DNA of 64,000 bases from an uncultured Chloroflexia bacterium (GCA_963813535.1 CAWEZH010000002.1:544001-608000); one strand, 5' to 3'; positions 41,916 through 51,847 are shown, numbered from the stretch's first letter. Translations and numbers: made by a program. The notes: generated by a model not told the origin, from the sequence alone.

Positions 41916-42514
41916 GGCAACCAGGCGGAGGGTGTGTAGAACGCGCCACCGCGCCAGGCACCGCCTTGGTAGAACGACCCGAAGCCCAGGGCCCGATAGG
42001 AGCCGCTGCCGCAATCGGACGATGTGCCCATGTCGCTCCCGGCGACCCACCCGAACGCGACCGACGTGGCGTACATGTAGCCGCTATCGCGGCAGGTGGT
42101 CCAGCCCGCGCCGCCGTACCGCTGGATGACGATCCGGGTCCGGAGCTCGCCGGCTGGCTGGGCGAACCTCGTCCCACTCGTGCACGGCCAGCGATACGAC
42201 CGTGCGACGGCATCCGCTCCACCACCCGACGCGCGGCTCAGGCCCGCGGCAAGGTGCAGGCAGCCGTTCACCGTCGATCGGTAGGGCATCCCCGAGCTGC
42301 CGCTCTGCCCGGCCGACATCAGCACCCACCGCGGCCCACCGAACACCTCGTCGTAGATACACAGGTATTTCACGCCGCTCGCCGGGTCCTCCCAGACCGT
42401 CCCCGGCACGCACGATTCACCCGGTGCGGGGCCACCCGCAGCCATCACCGGGGCCGGCACGCCGAGCGCGACGAGAAGCAGGGCGCTCGCGACGAGCACG
42501 CGCAGACCGGGCAT
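41912..42514 (-). CDS. Hypothetical secreted Cys/Gly/aromatic-rich protein
   Basis: Signal peptide, six Cys, GGAGG upstream. Confidence 0.65.
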   Translation of the reverse strand: MPGLRVLVASALLLVALGVPAPVMAAGGPAPGESCVPGTVWEDPASGVKYLCIYDEVFGGPRWVLMSAGQSGSSGMPYRSTVNGCLHLAAGLSRASGGGADAVARSYRWPCTSGTRFAQPAGELRTRIVIQRYGGAGWTTCRDSGYMYATSVAFGWVAGSDMGTSSDCGSGSYRALGFGSFYQGGAWRGGAFYTPSAWLP

Positions 42515-42617
42515 CGACGATCCTCCGTCTCCCGGCGCGCGAGGCGGGATCGCCGTCGGAGGCGAACACCCTACGGACCGGCGATCAGCGGTCCCTCACC
42601 CGCGAGTGCACGGCCGC

Positions 42618-43478
42618 TCATCCAGCGCGCGACCCGACGATCGAGAACGACAGGGGGATCCGGCCACGCTCCTCCGGCCGGACGTCACGGTGACCGCCCC
42701 ACCAGTCGACCGGATGCTCCGCGACCTGCTCGATCGCGATGCCACCACGCAGGAGTGCCGTGACGACCTCTCCGAGCGTCCATGCACGGGCGAACTTCTC
42801 GTGCTGATCGTCGTCGGCGATCGACAGCCGATCGATGTATTCGGGCGCCCAGCCTCGCGACGCCTCGGGACCGGCGAAGTAGTCGTAGTCGGTCGCGATC
42901 CACGACCCGTCGGGACCGACGTCGAACAGCCACTCGGCCGGATGACCGTCGAACAGCACGAACCGACCACCGGGCGCGAGCAGCCGGCAGACCACGCGCG
43001 CCCACGCGTCGAGATCCTGCAGCCACATGAGCGCGCCACGGCCGGTGTAGACGAGGTCGGCCGTGCCATCCAGGTCCGCTGGCGTGTCGAGCACGTCGGC
43101 CTCGACCCAGATCGCCGGCGCGTCGACCGCATCGCTCAGACGACGTGCGAGGGCGAGCATGCGGGGACTGAAGTCGACGCCGACGACCTCGTCGGCACCG
43201 AGATTCCACAGCGACAGCGTGTCCCGCCCGCCGGCACATTGGAGGTGGATCGCCCGGCGGCATCGCCCCCGGATGTCCCCGATCAACGCGGTCTCGATCG
43301 GGAAGAGATTGGACCCGCCACCGCGGATCAGCTCGACGGCCTCATCGAACCAGCCGTCATACCGTTCCGCGGCCTCATCCCATGCGGAGCGGTTGGCCCG
43401 ATGCATGGCGCGTACGTCCTCCCGCTCGCTGTCGCTGGCCGGCCGGACATGCGGCTCGTTCGTCGTCTCCTCGTCCAC
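42618..43478 (-). CDS. Class I SAM-dependent methyltransferase
   Basis: HLQCAGGRDTLSL, GVDFS, DLVYTG, LLAPGGRF. Confidence 0.88.
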   Translation of the reverse strand: MDEETTNEPHVRPASDSEREDVRAMHRANRSAWDEAAERYDGWFDEAVELIRGGGSNLFPIETALIGDIRGRCRRAIHLQCAGGRDTLSLWNLGADEVVGVDFSPRMLALARRLSDAVDAPAIWVEADVLDTPADLDGTADLVYTGRGALMWLQDLDAWARVVCRLLAPGGRFVLFDGHPAEWLFDVGPDGSWIATDYDYFAGPEASRGWAPEYIDRLSIADDDQHEKFARAWTLGEVVTALLRGGIAIEQVAEHPVDWWGGHRDVRPEERGRIPLSFSIVGSRAG

Positions 43479-43504
43479 GCGCCGAGTCTATGCTGCCGAT
43501 GTAG

Positions 43505-43533
43505 TTGACAGCGCAACGACCTCGGGGTACCGT
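43505..43533 (+). promoter_or_regulatory. Sigma-70 promoter TTGACA-N17-TACCGT for pirin
   Basis: Consensus -35 with 17-bp spacer; overlapped by a GTTG-N6-CAAC inverted repeat. Confidence 0.7.
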
Positions 43534-43560
43534 GAACGGACCACAAGGAGCCACGACCCC

Positions 43561-44568
43561 ATGCCCGCCATCGTTCCCGACGACATCGCCATCCTGCCGA
43601 GGATCCCGACCCCGGATCCCGCGATCGCACGTGAGCGGCCTGTCCGCAGCATCACGCTCGCTCCCCACGGTCTGGAAGGAGAGGGCTTCCCGGTTCGGCG
43701 CGCCTTCGCGGGTGTTGCGCTCGAAGACCTCGACCCGTTCATCCACCTCGACCAGATGGGTGAGGTCGAATATGCCCCCGGCGAAGCGAAGGGCACGCCC
43801 TGGCATCCGCACCGCGGCTTCGAGACCGTCACGTACATGATCGACGGCGTCTTCGAGCACGCCGACTCAAACGGCGGCGGGGGAGTGATCACCAACGGCG
43901 ACACCCAGTGGATGACGGCGGGAGCCGGCATCCTGCACATCGAGAAGCCGCCGGACTACCTCGTCCGCAGCGGTGGCTTGTTCCACGGGTTCCAGCTGTG
44001 GGTGAACCTGCCCGCGGATCAGAAATGGGCGGCTCCCCGCTACCAGGACATCCGTGCGAGCGAGGTGGCCCTGTCCTCGACGCCAGATGGGGGCGCCCTC
44101 ATCCGCGTCATCGCGGGCGAGGTCGCCGGTCAGGCCGGCCCGGGCTCGACGTACAGCCCGATGACCCTCGTCCACGTGACGCTGAGCCCGGGCGCCCGCC
44201 TCTCGCTGCCTTGGCGACCCGACTACAACGCGCTGATCTACGTCATGAACGGCGATGGCACCATCGGAACCGAGGGTCGGCCTGTCGGGATGGGGCAGCT
44301 GGCGGTCCTCGGAGCGGGGGATGCGCTGACGGTGACTGCGGCAAACCAGCAGGAAAGCCGCAGCCCCGCGATGGACGTGCTGATCCTCGGCGGTAGTCCG
44401 ATCCGCGAACCCGTCGCCTGGATGGGCCCGTTCGTGATGAACACGCGCGAGGAAGTGATGCAGGCGGTGGCCGATTACCAGGCCGGCCGGCTGGGCAGCA
44501 TCCCCGCCGTCCACAGCGCGCCGACCCACCTCGTCGAGACGACGACGCCGACCGCGACAGAGCGCTGA
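43561..44568 (+). CDS. Pirin family protein
   Basis: HPHRGFETVTY, QWMTAGAGILHIE, FQLWVNLP, GPFVMN. Confidence 0.95.
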   Translation: MPAIVPDDIAILPRIPTPDPAIARERPVRSITLAPHGLEGEGFPVRRAFAGVALEDLDPFIHLDQMGEVEYAPGEAKGTPWHPHRGFETVTYMIDGVFEHADSNGGGGVITNGDTQWMTAGAGILHIEKPPDYLVRSGGLFHGFQLWVNLPADQKWAAPRYQDIRASEVALSSTPDGGALIRVIAGEVAGQAGPGSTYSPMTLVHVTLSPGARLSLPWRPDYNALIYVMNGDGTIGTEGRPVGMGQLAVLGAGDALTVTAANQQESRSPAMDVLILGGSPIREPVAWMGPFVMNTREEVMQAVADYQAGRLGSIPAVHSAPTHLVETTTPTATER

Positions 44569-44714
44569 TGCCCTGCTGGACGCGGGGCTGACCGCGCAAC
44601 GGGGACACCCGCCACCGAGCCCGCGCCGCCACAAACGCTCGGCTACAGTTCGTCGGTGCCCCCAGCATCGAGCCGTGATCGCGCCTGCCCGGCGACCTTC
44701 GGATACCCGAGCCA

Positions 44715-45905
44715 GTGACGGTGGGCGCCCGCGCCGTGCCGGTGGCGGTCGTTGCGGGGCTGTTCATCGCCTCGCTCGCGATGCGGCCACAGATCCTCGC
44801 GATCGGCCCGTTGCTGCCGTTGATCCGGACAGATCTGGGGCTGCCAGCCGGCATCGCGGGTCTCCTGACCACCATCCCTGTCCTGTGCATGGGCGTGTTC
44901 GCGCCGGCCGGACCACGTCTCGCCGCGCGGTTCGGGGCGTCGACGGCGTTCGCCGCCTGCCTCGTCGCGATCGTCGGCTTCGGTGTGGCTCGTGCGCTGG
45001 CGCCGAGCGTCCCGCTCCTGCTCCTGGGGACGCTCGGGATCGGCATCGCGATCGGCTCAGCGGGCGCCATCCCCTCGATGATCGTCGCCCAGCGCATGCC
45101 CACACGGCCGGCGCTCGGCACCGGTGCCTATGCAGGCGGCATCGTGGCGGGCTCGACGCTGGCGTCCGGACTTGCGGTACCGCTTGCTGTCGACGACGAC
45201 TGGCGCCGGGCACTCATGATCATCTCGCTGGCGTCGCTGCTCTCGGTCGTGGCCTGGCTCGTGCTCGTCGGCGCCGACCAACGCGATCGGGTCGTGGGTG
45301 CTGTCGCCAGGCATCTGCCCTGGCGCGATCCGACCGGCTGGTTGCTAGTCGTGGTATTCGGGCTCCAGTCGGTCCTGTTCTACGGGGTCGTGTCGTGGCT
45401 GCCGAACGCCTTCGTCGAGCGTGGCTGGAGCGCGATCGATGCCGGCGCCCTCATCGCGGTGTTCAATGGCGTCGGCCTGCTCACCACGGTCGGCCTGCCG
45501 CTGGTGGCCGACCGGCTCGGGTCGCGACGGATCCAGCTGCTCGTGTCGTCGGCGGTCGCGGTCGTCGCCCTTCTCGGTGTGATCGCGGCACCGGATCTCG
45601 CGTTCCTCTGGGTGGCGATCCTCGGCCTGTCGCTCGGCGCCGTCTTCCCACTCGTGCTGACACTGCCGCTCGATGTCGCCGACGAGCCGGCGCGCGTCGG
45701 TTCGGTGGCGGCATTGATGCTGCTCGGTGGCTACGTCCTGTCGTCGACGGGACCGGTCGTCCTCGGCGCCGCGCGTGACGTGACGGGCGACTTCGGCGCC
45801 AGCATGTGGATCCTCGTGGGGATCGCGGTCGCGCTGGTCGCCTCCTGCCTGACGCTATCGCCCGACCGCCTTCGGCGCGGCATCCATCGAGAGATCGCGG
45901 CGTGA
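44715..45905 (+). CDS. MFS transporter (CynX/NimT-like)
   Basis: RPQILAIGPLL, GLLTTIPV, FGLQS..FY..WLP; many TM helices. Confidence 0.8.
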   Translation: MTVGARAVPVAVVAGLFIASLAMRPQILAIGPLLPLIRTDLGLPAGIAGLLTTIPVLCMGVFAPAGPRLAARFGASTAFAACLVAIVGFGVARALAPSVPLLLLGTLGIGIAIGSAGAIPSMIVAQRMPTRPALGTGAYAGGIVAGSTLASGLAVPLAVDDDWRRALMIISLASLLSVVAWLVLVGADQRDRVVGAVARHLPWRDPTGWLLVVVFGLQSVLFYGVVSWLPNAFVERGWSAIDAGALIAVFNGVGLLTTVGLPLVADRLGSRRIQLLVSSAVAVVALLGVIAAPDLAFLWVAILGLSLGAVFPLVLTLPLDVADEPARVGSVAALMLLGGYVLSSTGPVVLGAARDVTGDFGASMWILVGIAVALVASCLTLSPDRLRRGIHREIAA

Positions 45906-45963
45906 CGACAGCCACCGCGAGGCGTTCCAGCGTTCTCACACCGTGGCGAAGAGCGTTGCCAGT

Positions 45964-45992
45964 TTGCAATCCAGAGCGCTGTCATGGACAAT
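45964..45992 (+). promoter_or_regulatory. Putative promoter TTGCAA-N17-GACAAT
   Basis: Hexamers with 17-bp spacing directly upstream of the leader ORF. Confidence 0.55.
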
Positions 45993-46002
45993 GCCGCGGC
46001 AG

Positions 46003-46074
46003 ATGAACCGCTACCACGTCCACCACCACTGCATGTGTCATGCCGCTGCCGAGCAGGGCAGGTGGTGTCGATAG
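46003..46074 (+). CDS. Putative attenuator leader peptide MNRYHVHHHCMCHAAAEQGRWCR
   Basis: Hand-translated 23-aa ORF with clustered His/Cys/Met codons, followed by hairpins and a terminator. Confidence 0.7.
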   Translation: MNRYHVHHHCMCHAAAEQGRWCR

Positions 46075-46116
46075 GCGTGCGTTCCTCGTAGATCCGCACG
46101 CCGGTCCAACCCCCGA

Positions 46117-46145
46117 ACCCCTGCCGACGGCAGGGGTCTTTTGTT
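46117..46145 (+). terminator. Intrinsic terminator in the sulfurtransferase leader
   Basis: ACCCCTGCC-gac-GGCAGGGGT then CTTTTGTT. Confidence 0.85.
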
Positions 46146-46179
46146 ACGCCGAATCACGACCACCACAGAGGGACCCAGC

Positions 46180-47517
46180 ATGACGACCGACCAGACCAGG
46201 ACCATCGCGCTGGACGAGTTGCGTGATCGCCTCGAGGATCCTTCACTGACGCTCCTCGACGTACGGCCGCTCGCCGCCTACAACGGCTGGCGCCTCGGCA
46301 CCGAGGCGCGCGGCGGGCACATCCCCGGTGCAGCCGCGTTCCCGCTGGAGTGGCTGCAGACCGTCGACGAGCCCGAGATCGCCCGCCTGTTCGCAGGCAA
46401 GGGCGTCACCCCGGACCGGGACGTGGTCGTCTACGGCTACGGCGCAGACGACGCCGCGACCCTGGCCGATCGGATCGAGCGCTTCGGCATCCCGGACGCG
46501 CGGGTCTTCGAGGCCGGGTTCGCCGAATGGGCCAGGGATCCGTCGCTGCCGGTCGAGAAGCTGCCGAAGCACGAGAAGCTCGTGCACATCGAGTGGCTCC
46601 GGCAGGTCCTGGCGGGCGAGCGGCCGGAGGCGGCACCGCCCGGCGACTTCCTGTTGTTCCACGTGAACTTCGGCGTCCCGGAGGAGTACGCAGAGGCGCA
46701 CATCCCGGGCGCGATCTATCTCGACACCAACACGCTCGAGGACCCGGCCGATTGGAATCGACGCCCGCCGGAGGTCCTCGATGCCGCGATCCGCGCGCTG
46801 GGCATCACCAAGGACACCACGGTCGTCGTCTACGGCCGCGACACCGAGGGCCAGGCGAACGAGAAGTGGCCCGGCCGTCGCGCGGGCCAGATCGCCGCCA
46901 CACGGGCGCTGATGATCCTGACCTACGCAGGCGTCGAGGACGTGCGACTGCTCGACGGCGGCTACGACTGGTGGGTCCGCGGAAGCAACCCGGTCGAGAC
47001 CATCATCCGCGAGCCATCGCCCGTCGCGGACTTCGGCGCGGTCATCCCGGTCCGCCCGGAGGTCATCGTCGACATCGGTGAGGCCAAGGAGATCATCGCG
47101 GACCCCGACGGCGCGGCCCTCGTGAGCGTGCGCACGTGGCGCGAGCACATCGGCTCCGTGAGCGGCTACAACTACATCGGACCGGCCGGACGGATCAAGG
47201 GCGACGTCTGGGGCAACTGCGGCACGGACGCGTATCACATGCAGCACTACCGCAACGTCGACAACACGATGCGGGCGTATCCGGAGATCACGGCGAACTG
47301 GACCGAGGCGGGGATCGTCCCCGAGAAGTGGATCGCCTTCTACTGCGGCACCGGCTGGCGTGCGAGCGAAACGTGGTTCTACGCGTTCCTCCAGGACTGG
47401 CCGCGTATCGCCGTCTATGACGGGGGCTGGTTCGAGTGGAGCCAGGATCCGATGAGCAACCCGATCGAGATCGGGGTGCCGGACGTCGAGACACCTCGAG
47501 ACGTGTACGCCGCCTGA
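46180..47517 (+). CDS. Three-domain rhodanese sulfurtransferase (YnjE-like)
   Basis: Two HIPGA motifs, active site YCGTGWRAS, YDGGWFEWS. Confidence 0.9.
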   Translation: MTTDQTRTIALDELRDRLEDPSLTLLDVRPLAAYNGWRLGTEARGGHIPGAAAFPLEWLQTVDEPEIARLFAGKGVTPDRDVVVYGYGADDAATLADRIERFGIPDARVFEAGFAEWARDPSLPVEKLPKHEKLVHIEWLRQVLAGERPEAAPPGDFLLFHVNFGVPEEYAEAHIPGAIYLDTNTLEDPADWNRRPPEVLDAAIRALGITKDTTVVVYGRDTEGQANEKWPGRRAGQIAATRALMILTYAGVEDVRLLDGGYDWWVRGSNPVETIIREPSPVADFGAVIPVRPEVIVDIGEAKEIIADPDGAALVSVRTWREHIGSVSGYNYIGPAGRIKGDVWGNCGTDAYHMQHYRNVDNTMRAYPEITANWTEAGIVPEKWIAFYCGTGWRASETWFYAFLQDWPRIAVYDGGWFEWSQDPMSNPIEIGVPDVETPRDVYAA

Positions 47518-47559
47518 AGCACGCTCGAGTTCGAGCGTCGCATCGACGATGACCGTGAG

Positions 47560-48666
47560 GTGACGGCCGAGCGGCTGCGGATCGGCCTCGTCGGTTGCGG
47601 GGACGTGGCGCGCCGGCACTACCTGCCGGCGCTCGCCGACCTCGCCGATCGCGTCCGTATCGTGTCGTGCATGGACGTGCGGCTCGATGCGGCCGACGCC
47701 CTGGTCGTCGACATCGCCTCCTGGTCGCCGGGTGCGCGCGCATTCGACGACCTCGACGCGATGCTCGCCGATGGTGGTCTGGATGCGGTCATCGACCTGG
47801 CGCCCGCGACGCGGCACGGGACAGTGAACCGGGCGGTCCTCGACGCCGGCGTCGCGCTCTACTCGGAGAAGCCGATCGCGGGCACGCTCGAGGAGGCGGA
47901 CGGCCTCATCGAAACGGCGAGGCGCGGCGGCGTGCCGTTCCTGTGCGCTCCGGGCGTGGCCGTCACGCGCCGGTTCGCGTGGCTGGCCGATCTCGTTCGC
48001 TCAGGACGGTACGGGCGAGCGACCCTCGTCGTCGCCCATCACGCCGATCCGGGTCCGGCGGCCTGGCGCGAATACACGGGCGACCCGCGGCCGTTCTACG
48101 GCAGGGGTGTGGGACCCGTCATCGACCATGGCATCTACCGACTCCACGGCATGACGATGCTGCTCGGACCCGTCCAGCGCGTGCAGGCCATGGGCGCGAT
48201 CGGCACGCCGACGCGCCACGTTCGCGGTGGACCGCTCACGGGCCAGACGATCCCCGTCACGACACCCGACCATGTGCTCATCAATCTCGAGTTCGCGAAC
48301 GGTGCCCTCGGTCAGCTCCTCGCCAGCTTCGGCACGGCTGCGACGCTCGCGCCGTGGATGGAGGTCCACTTCGAGCGTGCCACGGTCAGCTTCGGCGGCC
48401 AGTCCCACGAGAAGGACGCTCCGGTCAGCCTCTACGTCGACGACGAGTCACCGGCCGCTCGCGAGGGCTGGGCCCACGGCGTCGAGATCCCGGTCGATGA
48501 CGTTGCGGTGGTCGAAGCCGGGATCCGTCACTTCATCGACGTCCTGTCCGGCGACGCCGAGCCGATCCTGACCGCCGAGCACGCACGTCACGTGCTCGAC
48601 ATCATCGTGAAGGCGTATGCGTCGATCGAGGATGGCGCCTCGCACGCGACCGAAACGACCTTCTGA
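47560..48666 (+). CDS. Gfo/Idh/MocA oxidoreductase
   Basis: IGLVGCG, EKPIA, DHGIY. Confidence 0.88.
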   Translation: MTAERLRIGLVGCGDVARRHYLPALADLADRVRIVSCMDVRLDAADALVVDIASWSPGARAFDDLDAMLADGGLDAVIDLAPATRHGTVNRAVLDAGVALYSEKPIAGTLEEADGLIETARRGGVPFLCAPGVAVTRRFAWLADLVRSGRYGRATLVVAHHADPGPAAWREYTGDPRPFYGRGVGPVIDHGIYRLHGMTMLLGPVQRVQAMGAIGTPTRHVRGGPLTGQTIPVTTPDHVLINLEFANGALGQLLASFGTAATLAPWMEVHFERATVSFGGQSHEKDAPVSLYVDDESPAAREGWAHGVEIPVDDVAVVEAGIRHFIDVLSGDAEPILTAEHARHVLDIIVKAYASIEDGASHATETTF

Positions 48667-48674
48667 CGGACGCC

Positions 48675-50309
48675 TCAGGCGCGCTCGAGCCGCCAGGCTT
48701 CGACGGGCTCACGCTTGCCCTTCACCAGGACCGGCCCGAGCTCCTGGCCGACGCGGCCCTCGCCGAGCGCTTCCCACGTCGTCCGTCCGACGATGATCTG
48801 ACCCGGTTCGGCGACCGTCATCAGCCGCGCCGCCGTATTCGTCGTGTCCCCGATCACCGCGAAGCTCCGGCGCTCGGCAGAGCCGACATCACCAAGGACC
48901 GCCGGACCGGTGTTGACACCGACGCGGAAGACCGGCCAGCCGGGCCGGCTCGCAGCGATGGGACGTGCCGCGTCCACGATGGCACGCGCCGTGCGCGCAG
49001 CCCGGAGTGCATGATCGGGCTGGTCGCCGACCGCGTTGAAGATGGCCATGATCCCATCGCCCGCGAAGTGTTCGATGACCCCGCCGGCAGTGTCGATCGC
49101 CGGGACGACGGCTGCCCAGAAGGCATTGAGCATCTCGAGGACCTCGGTGGGCGGGCGCGTCTCACTGAACGGGGTGAAGCCCGCGAGATCCGCGAAGACG
49201 ACGCTCACGATGCGCTCCTCACCGGGCAGCGCGACGCCAGGCGTGCCACGCCGTCTGATCCGGTCGGTGACCACCGACGGCAGGTACGGCTGGAACGATG
49301 CATCGAGCCGGCGGAGCTCCTGGGCCGTACCGGCGAGCAAGGCGACCTCGTCGCTGGTGGCGCCCTCATCACGGAGCTGGTCGAGCACGGGATCGACCGG
49401 TCGACCGTCGGCCTGCGCGGAGGCCACGTCGGCGATCGCCTTCGCATGCCAGCGATCGATCTGGGTCAGCGTCGTCTCCAGGTAGAGCCCGCCGAAAGCG
49501 CCGGTCAGCGAACCGCTACGTCGGTACTCCTCGCGCGCGCCCAGGGCGATGAGTCCGAAGGCCGCCAGCATCAGGATGTGCCACTCCCACCAGCTCAACT
49601 GCCAGTTCCGGCTGACGACGACGGCGATCATGGCTTCGGCGAGGAGCACCAGCGCCACAGCGATGGTGAGCAGGATCGGACCGCCGCGCTGGCGGTACAT
49701 CCGGTAGGTTCGCCCCGCCGCGAAGACATAGAGCACGACGGCGACGATGCCCAGGATCGTCAGGGCGCCCACGCCCTCGGTGACCGGCGGCGGTCCGTCG
49801 AGCGGTGGCAACCGGGCGAGTGACAGGATGCCCCACACCACCATGAGCCCGAGGAGCCCGGCCAGGATCAGCGGCCGTGCGCGAAGGACGATAGGCCCTC
49901 CGGGACCGGCGATGGAACTCGTCGAGGCCGCTGCGAAGATCGCAGCGAGGCCAAGACCCAGCGGGGTGGCGACCGCGAACCCCGCGTTCGGCGTCTCCAG
50001 GAGGACGCCGGGCGTGGCGAGGGCATGCAGACCGAGGAAGCCGGCCGCCGACAGGAAGGCGAACGAGATCAGGACCAGGCGGGCATCGCGGAAGCGCCCT
50101 GCGGCGACGTTGGTGACATACGCCAGGGCGACGCTGACAAGGGCGGTGCTGAGCACCAACCAGAAGTGGCTCGGATGGTGCTCCCACTCGAGGTCCATCT
50201 CCGGCCGTCCGAGGAGCATCGCCAGTCCGACGAGCGGCAGCGTGATCGCGACCGGGACGGTCCACGGGACACCTCCCGGCTTCTCCCGTGCCTTGGCATC
50301 CGTCGCCAT
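48675..50309 (-). CDS. Membrane-bound class III nucleotidyl cyclase
   Basis: Multi-TM N-terminus; FADLAGFT, FAGDG, RVGVNTG, GDTTNTAARL, VKGK. Confidence 0.9.
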   Translation of the reverse strand: MATDAKAREKPGGVPWTVPVAITLPLVGLAMLLGRPEMDLEWEHHPSHFWLVLSTALVSVALAYVTNVAAGRFRDARLVLISFAFLSAAGFLGLHALATPGVLLETPNAGFAVATPLGLGLAAIFAAASTSSIAGPGGPIVLRARPLILAGLLGLMVVWGILSLARLPPLDGPPPVTEGVGALTILGIVAVVLYVFAAGRTYRMYRQRGGPILLTIAVALVLLAEAMIAVVVSRNWQLSWWEWHILMLAAFGLIALGAREEYRRSGSLTGAFGGLYLETTLTQIDRWHAKAIADVASAQADGRPVDPVLDQLRDEGATSDEVALLAGTAQELRRLDASFQPYLPSVVTDRIRRRGTPGVALPGEERIVSVVFADLAGFTPFSETRPPTEVLEMLNAFWAAVVPAIDTAGGVIEHFAGDGIMAIFNAVGDQPDHALRAARTARAIVDAARPIAASRPGWPVFRVGVNTGPAVLGDVGSAERRSFAVIGDTTNTAARLMTVAEPGQIIVGRTTWEALGEGRVGQELGPVLVKGKREPVEAWRLERA

Positions 50310-50365
50310 GCCCGCAGCATACGACCGGGCACGTCATGCCTTCGTCGCCCATGCATCATCACGTG

Positions 50366-51404
50366 GTGACCGACCAGACCCTGTCGCCTCGGGCGCTGAA
50401 CCGTGCCCTCCTTGCCCGGCAGTCGCTTCTCGAGCGGTCGACCCTGTCGATCGCCGAAACCGTCGAGCAGGTCGGCGGTCTGCAGACGCAGTACGCGCCC
50501 TCCGGCTATGTCGGCCTGTGGACGCGCCTGGGCGGGTTCCAGCGCGACGATCTGACCGCCGCTCTCGAAGACCGCAGCGTCGTCCAGGCGACACTGATGC
50601 GGGTCACGATCCACATCGTGTCGCGGGCCGAGTACTGGCACTACGCGCTCGGTGTCCGTGCCGCGCGGCGCGAGCTCTGGCGGCGGACATGGGCCCGCGC
50701 GACCGGGGTAGGGGAGTCTGAGGTCGAGCGTACGGCGAGCGTCCTCCGAGCAGCCCTTGCCGACGGACCCCGGACCGTCAAGGAGCTCGGCGACCTGGCG
50801 TCCGGGTTCGTCGGCACGCACGGGCTGTGGGTCGACCTCGTGCGCGTGCCACCCAGCGGGACGTGGGAGCGCCGCCGGGCCGACCGACTCGGGCTCGCAG
50901 AAGACTGGGTCGGCCCGCCCGACACCTCCGAGGCGGACGGTCTGCGGCACCTCGTCCGGGCATACCTCCGCGCGTTCGGGCCTGCGAACTGGGCCGACAT
51001 CGCTTCATGGGCGGGGATCACGACGACCGCGGCGAAGGAGGCCGCCGCACGGGCTGGAGCTGCGGACCTATCGAGACGAGGCAGGACGCGTCCTGGTCGA
51101 CCTGCCGGACCAGCCACTACCCGACCCGGACATGCCGGCTCCGGTGCGGTTCCTGCCCCACTGGGACGCCAACCTGCTCGTCCATGCGCGGCGGACCGGG
51201 CTGCTGCCGGAGGCGTTCCGTCCACGCGTGTTCTCGACGAAGAACCCCTTCTCGGTCGGCACGTACCTCGTCGACGGCAGCGTCGCCGGTGGATGGTCGC
51301 TGCGGGACGGCCGGATCGAGCTCGATCCATACATCGACCTTCCGGTTCGCGTGGGGCGCGAGGTCGAGCGTGAGCGGGAGGCGCTCGAGGCGTTCCACGC
51401 CTGA
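50366..51404 (+). pseudogene. AlkZ/HTH_42 DNA glycosylase, split by a frameshift near 51045
   Basis: N-half LNRALLARQ, GLQTQ, TLMRVTIH, YLRAFGP in one frame; C-half PAPVRFLPHWD, LVDGSVAGGW in another. Confidence 0.8.
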
Positions 51405-51416
51405 CGACGGGCTCGG

Positions 51417-51812
51417 TCAGTCCGCTGACGACGTCGGGCGCATCCGGAGGAAGTCCGTGACACCGATGAGCCAGAGGAACTGGCGCACGGGGAACGGCAT
51501 CATGCGGCGGCTCGGATCGTGGATCAGCTCCGGATCTCGCAACGCGACCACCCGGCCGCGTGTCTCGAGCCGACAGCCGCCGGCCGCCAGCACGTTCTTG
51601 ACCCAATCGACGTCACGACCATAGGTCAAGGCCATGACCCACCGATCCTCCACGCGGAACACGTTCATCGGCACGCGACGGATCACACCCGATCGCCGGC
51701 CCGGGACGACGATGATGCCGAACCACGGCAGATGTCCGGCGACGAGCCGCGTCAGCGGGTTCACGACACGGGTCGTGAACGGCCGCATGAACGCCAGGCG
51801 CGTGCCGCTCAC
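51417..51812 (-). CDS. Deazaflavin (F420)-dependent nitroreductase family protein
   Basis: GRRSG..R.P, ALTYG..DWVKNVLAAG. Confidence 0.8.
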   Translation of the reverse strand: MSGTRLAFMRPFTTRVVNPLTRLVAGHLPWFGIIVVPGRRSGVIRRVPMNVFRVEDRWVMALTYGRDVDWVKNVLAAGGCRLETRGRVVALRDPELIHDPSRRMMPFPVRQFLWLIGVTDFLRMRPTSSAD

Positions 51813-51847
51813 CGGGTGGACCGTTCGGTGGCTGCCATACTCGGTGC

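Noticed and set aside
45966-46145. SAM-I riboswitch (ATCCAGAG resembles its 5' end; upstream of a sulfur gene)
   Set aside because: No recognisable kink-turn/P2, GCAACC or GTGC core; ATCCAGAG lies in the promoter spacer, and a leader-peptide attenuator fits better.
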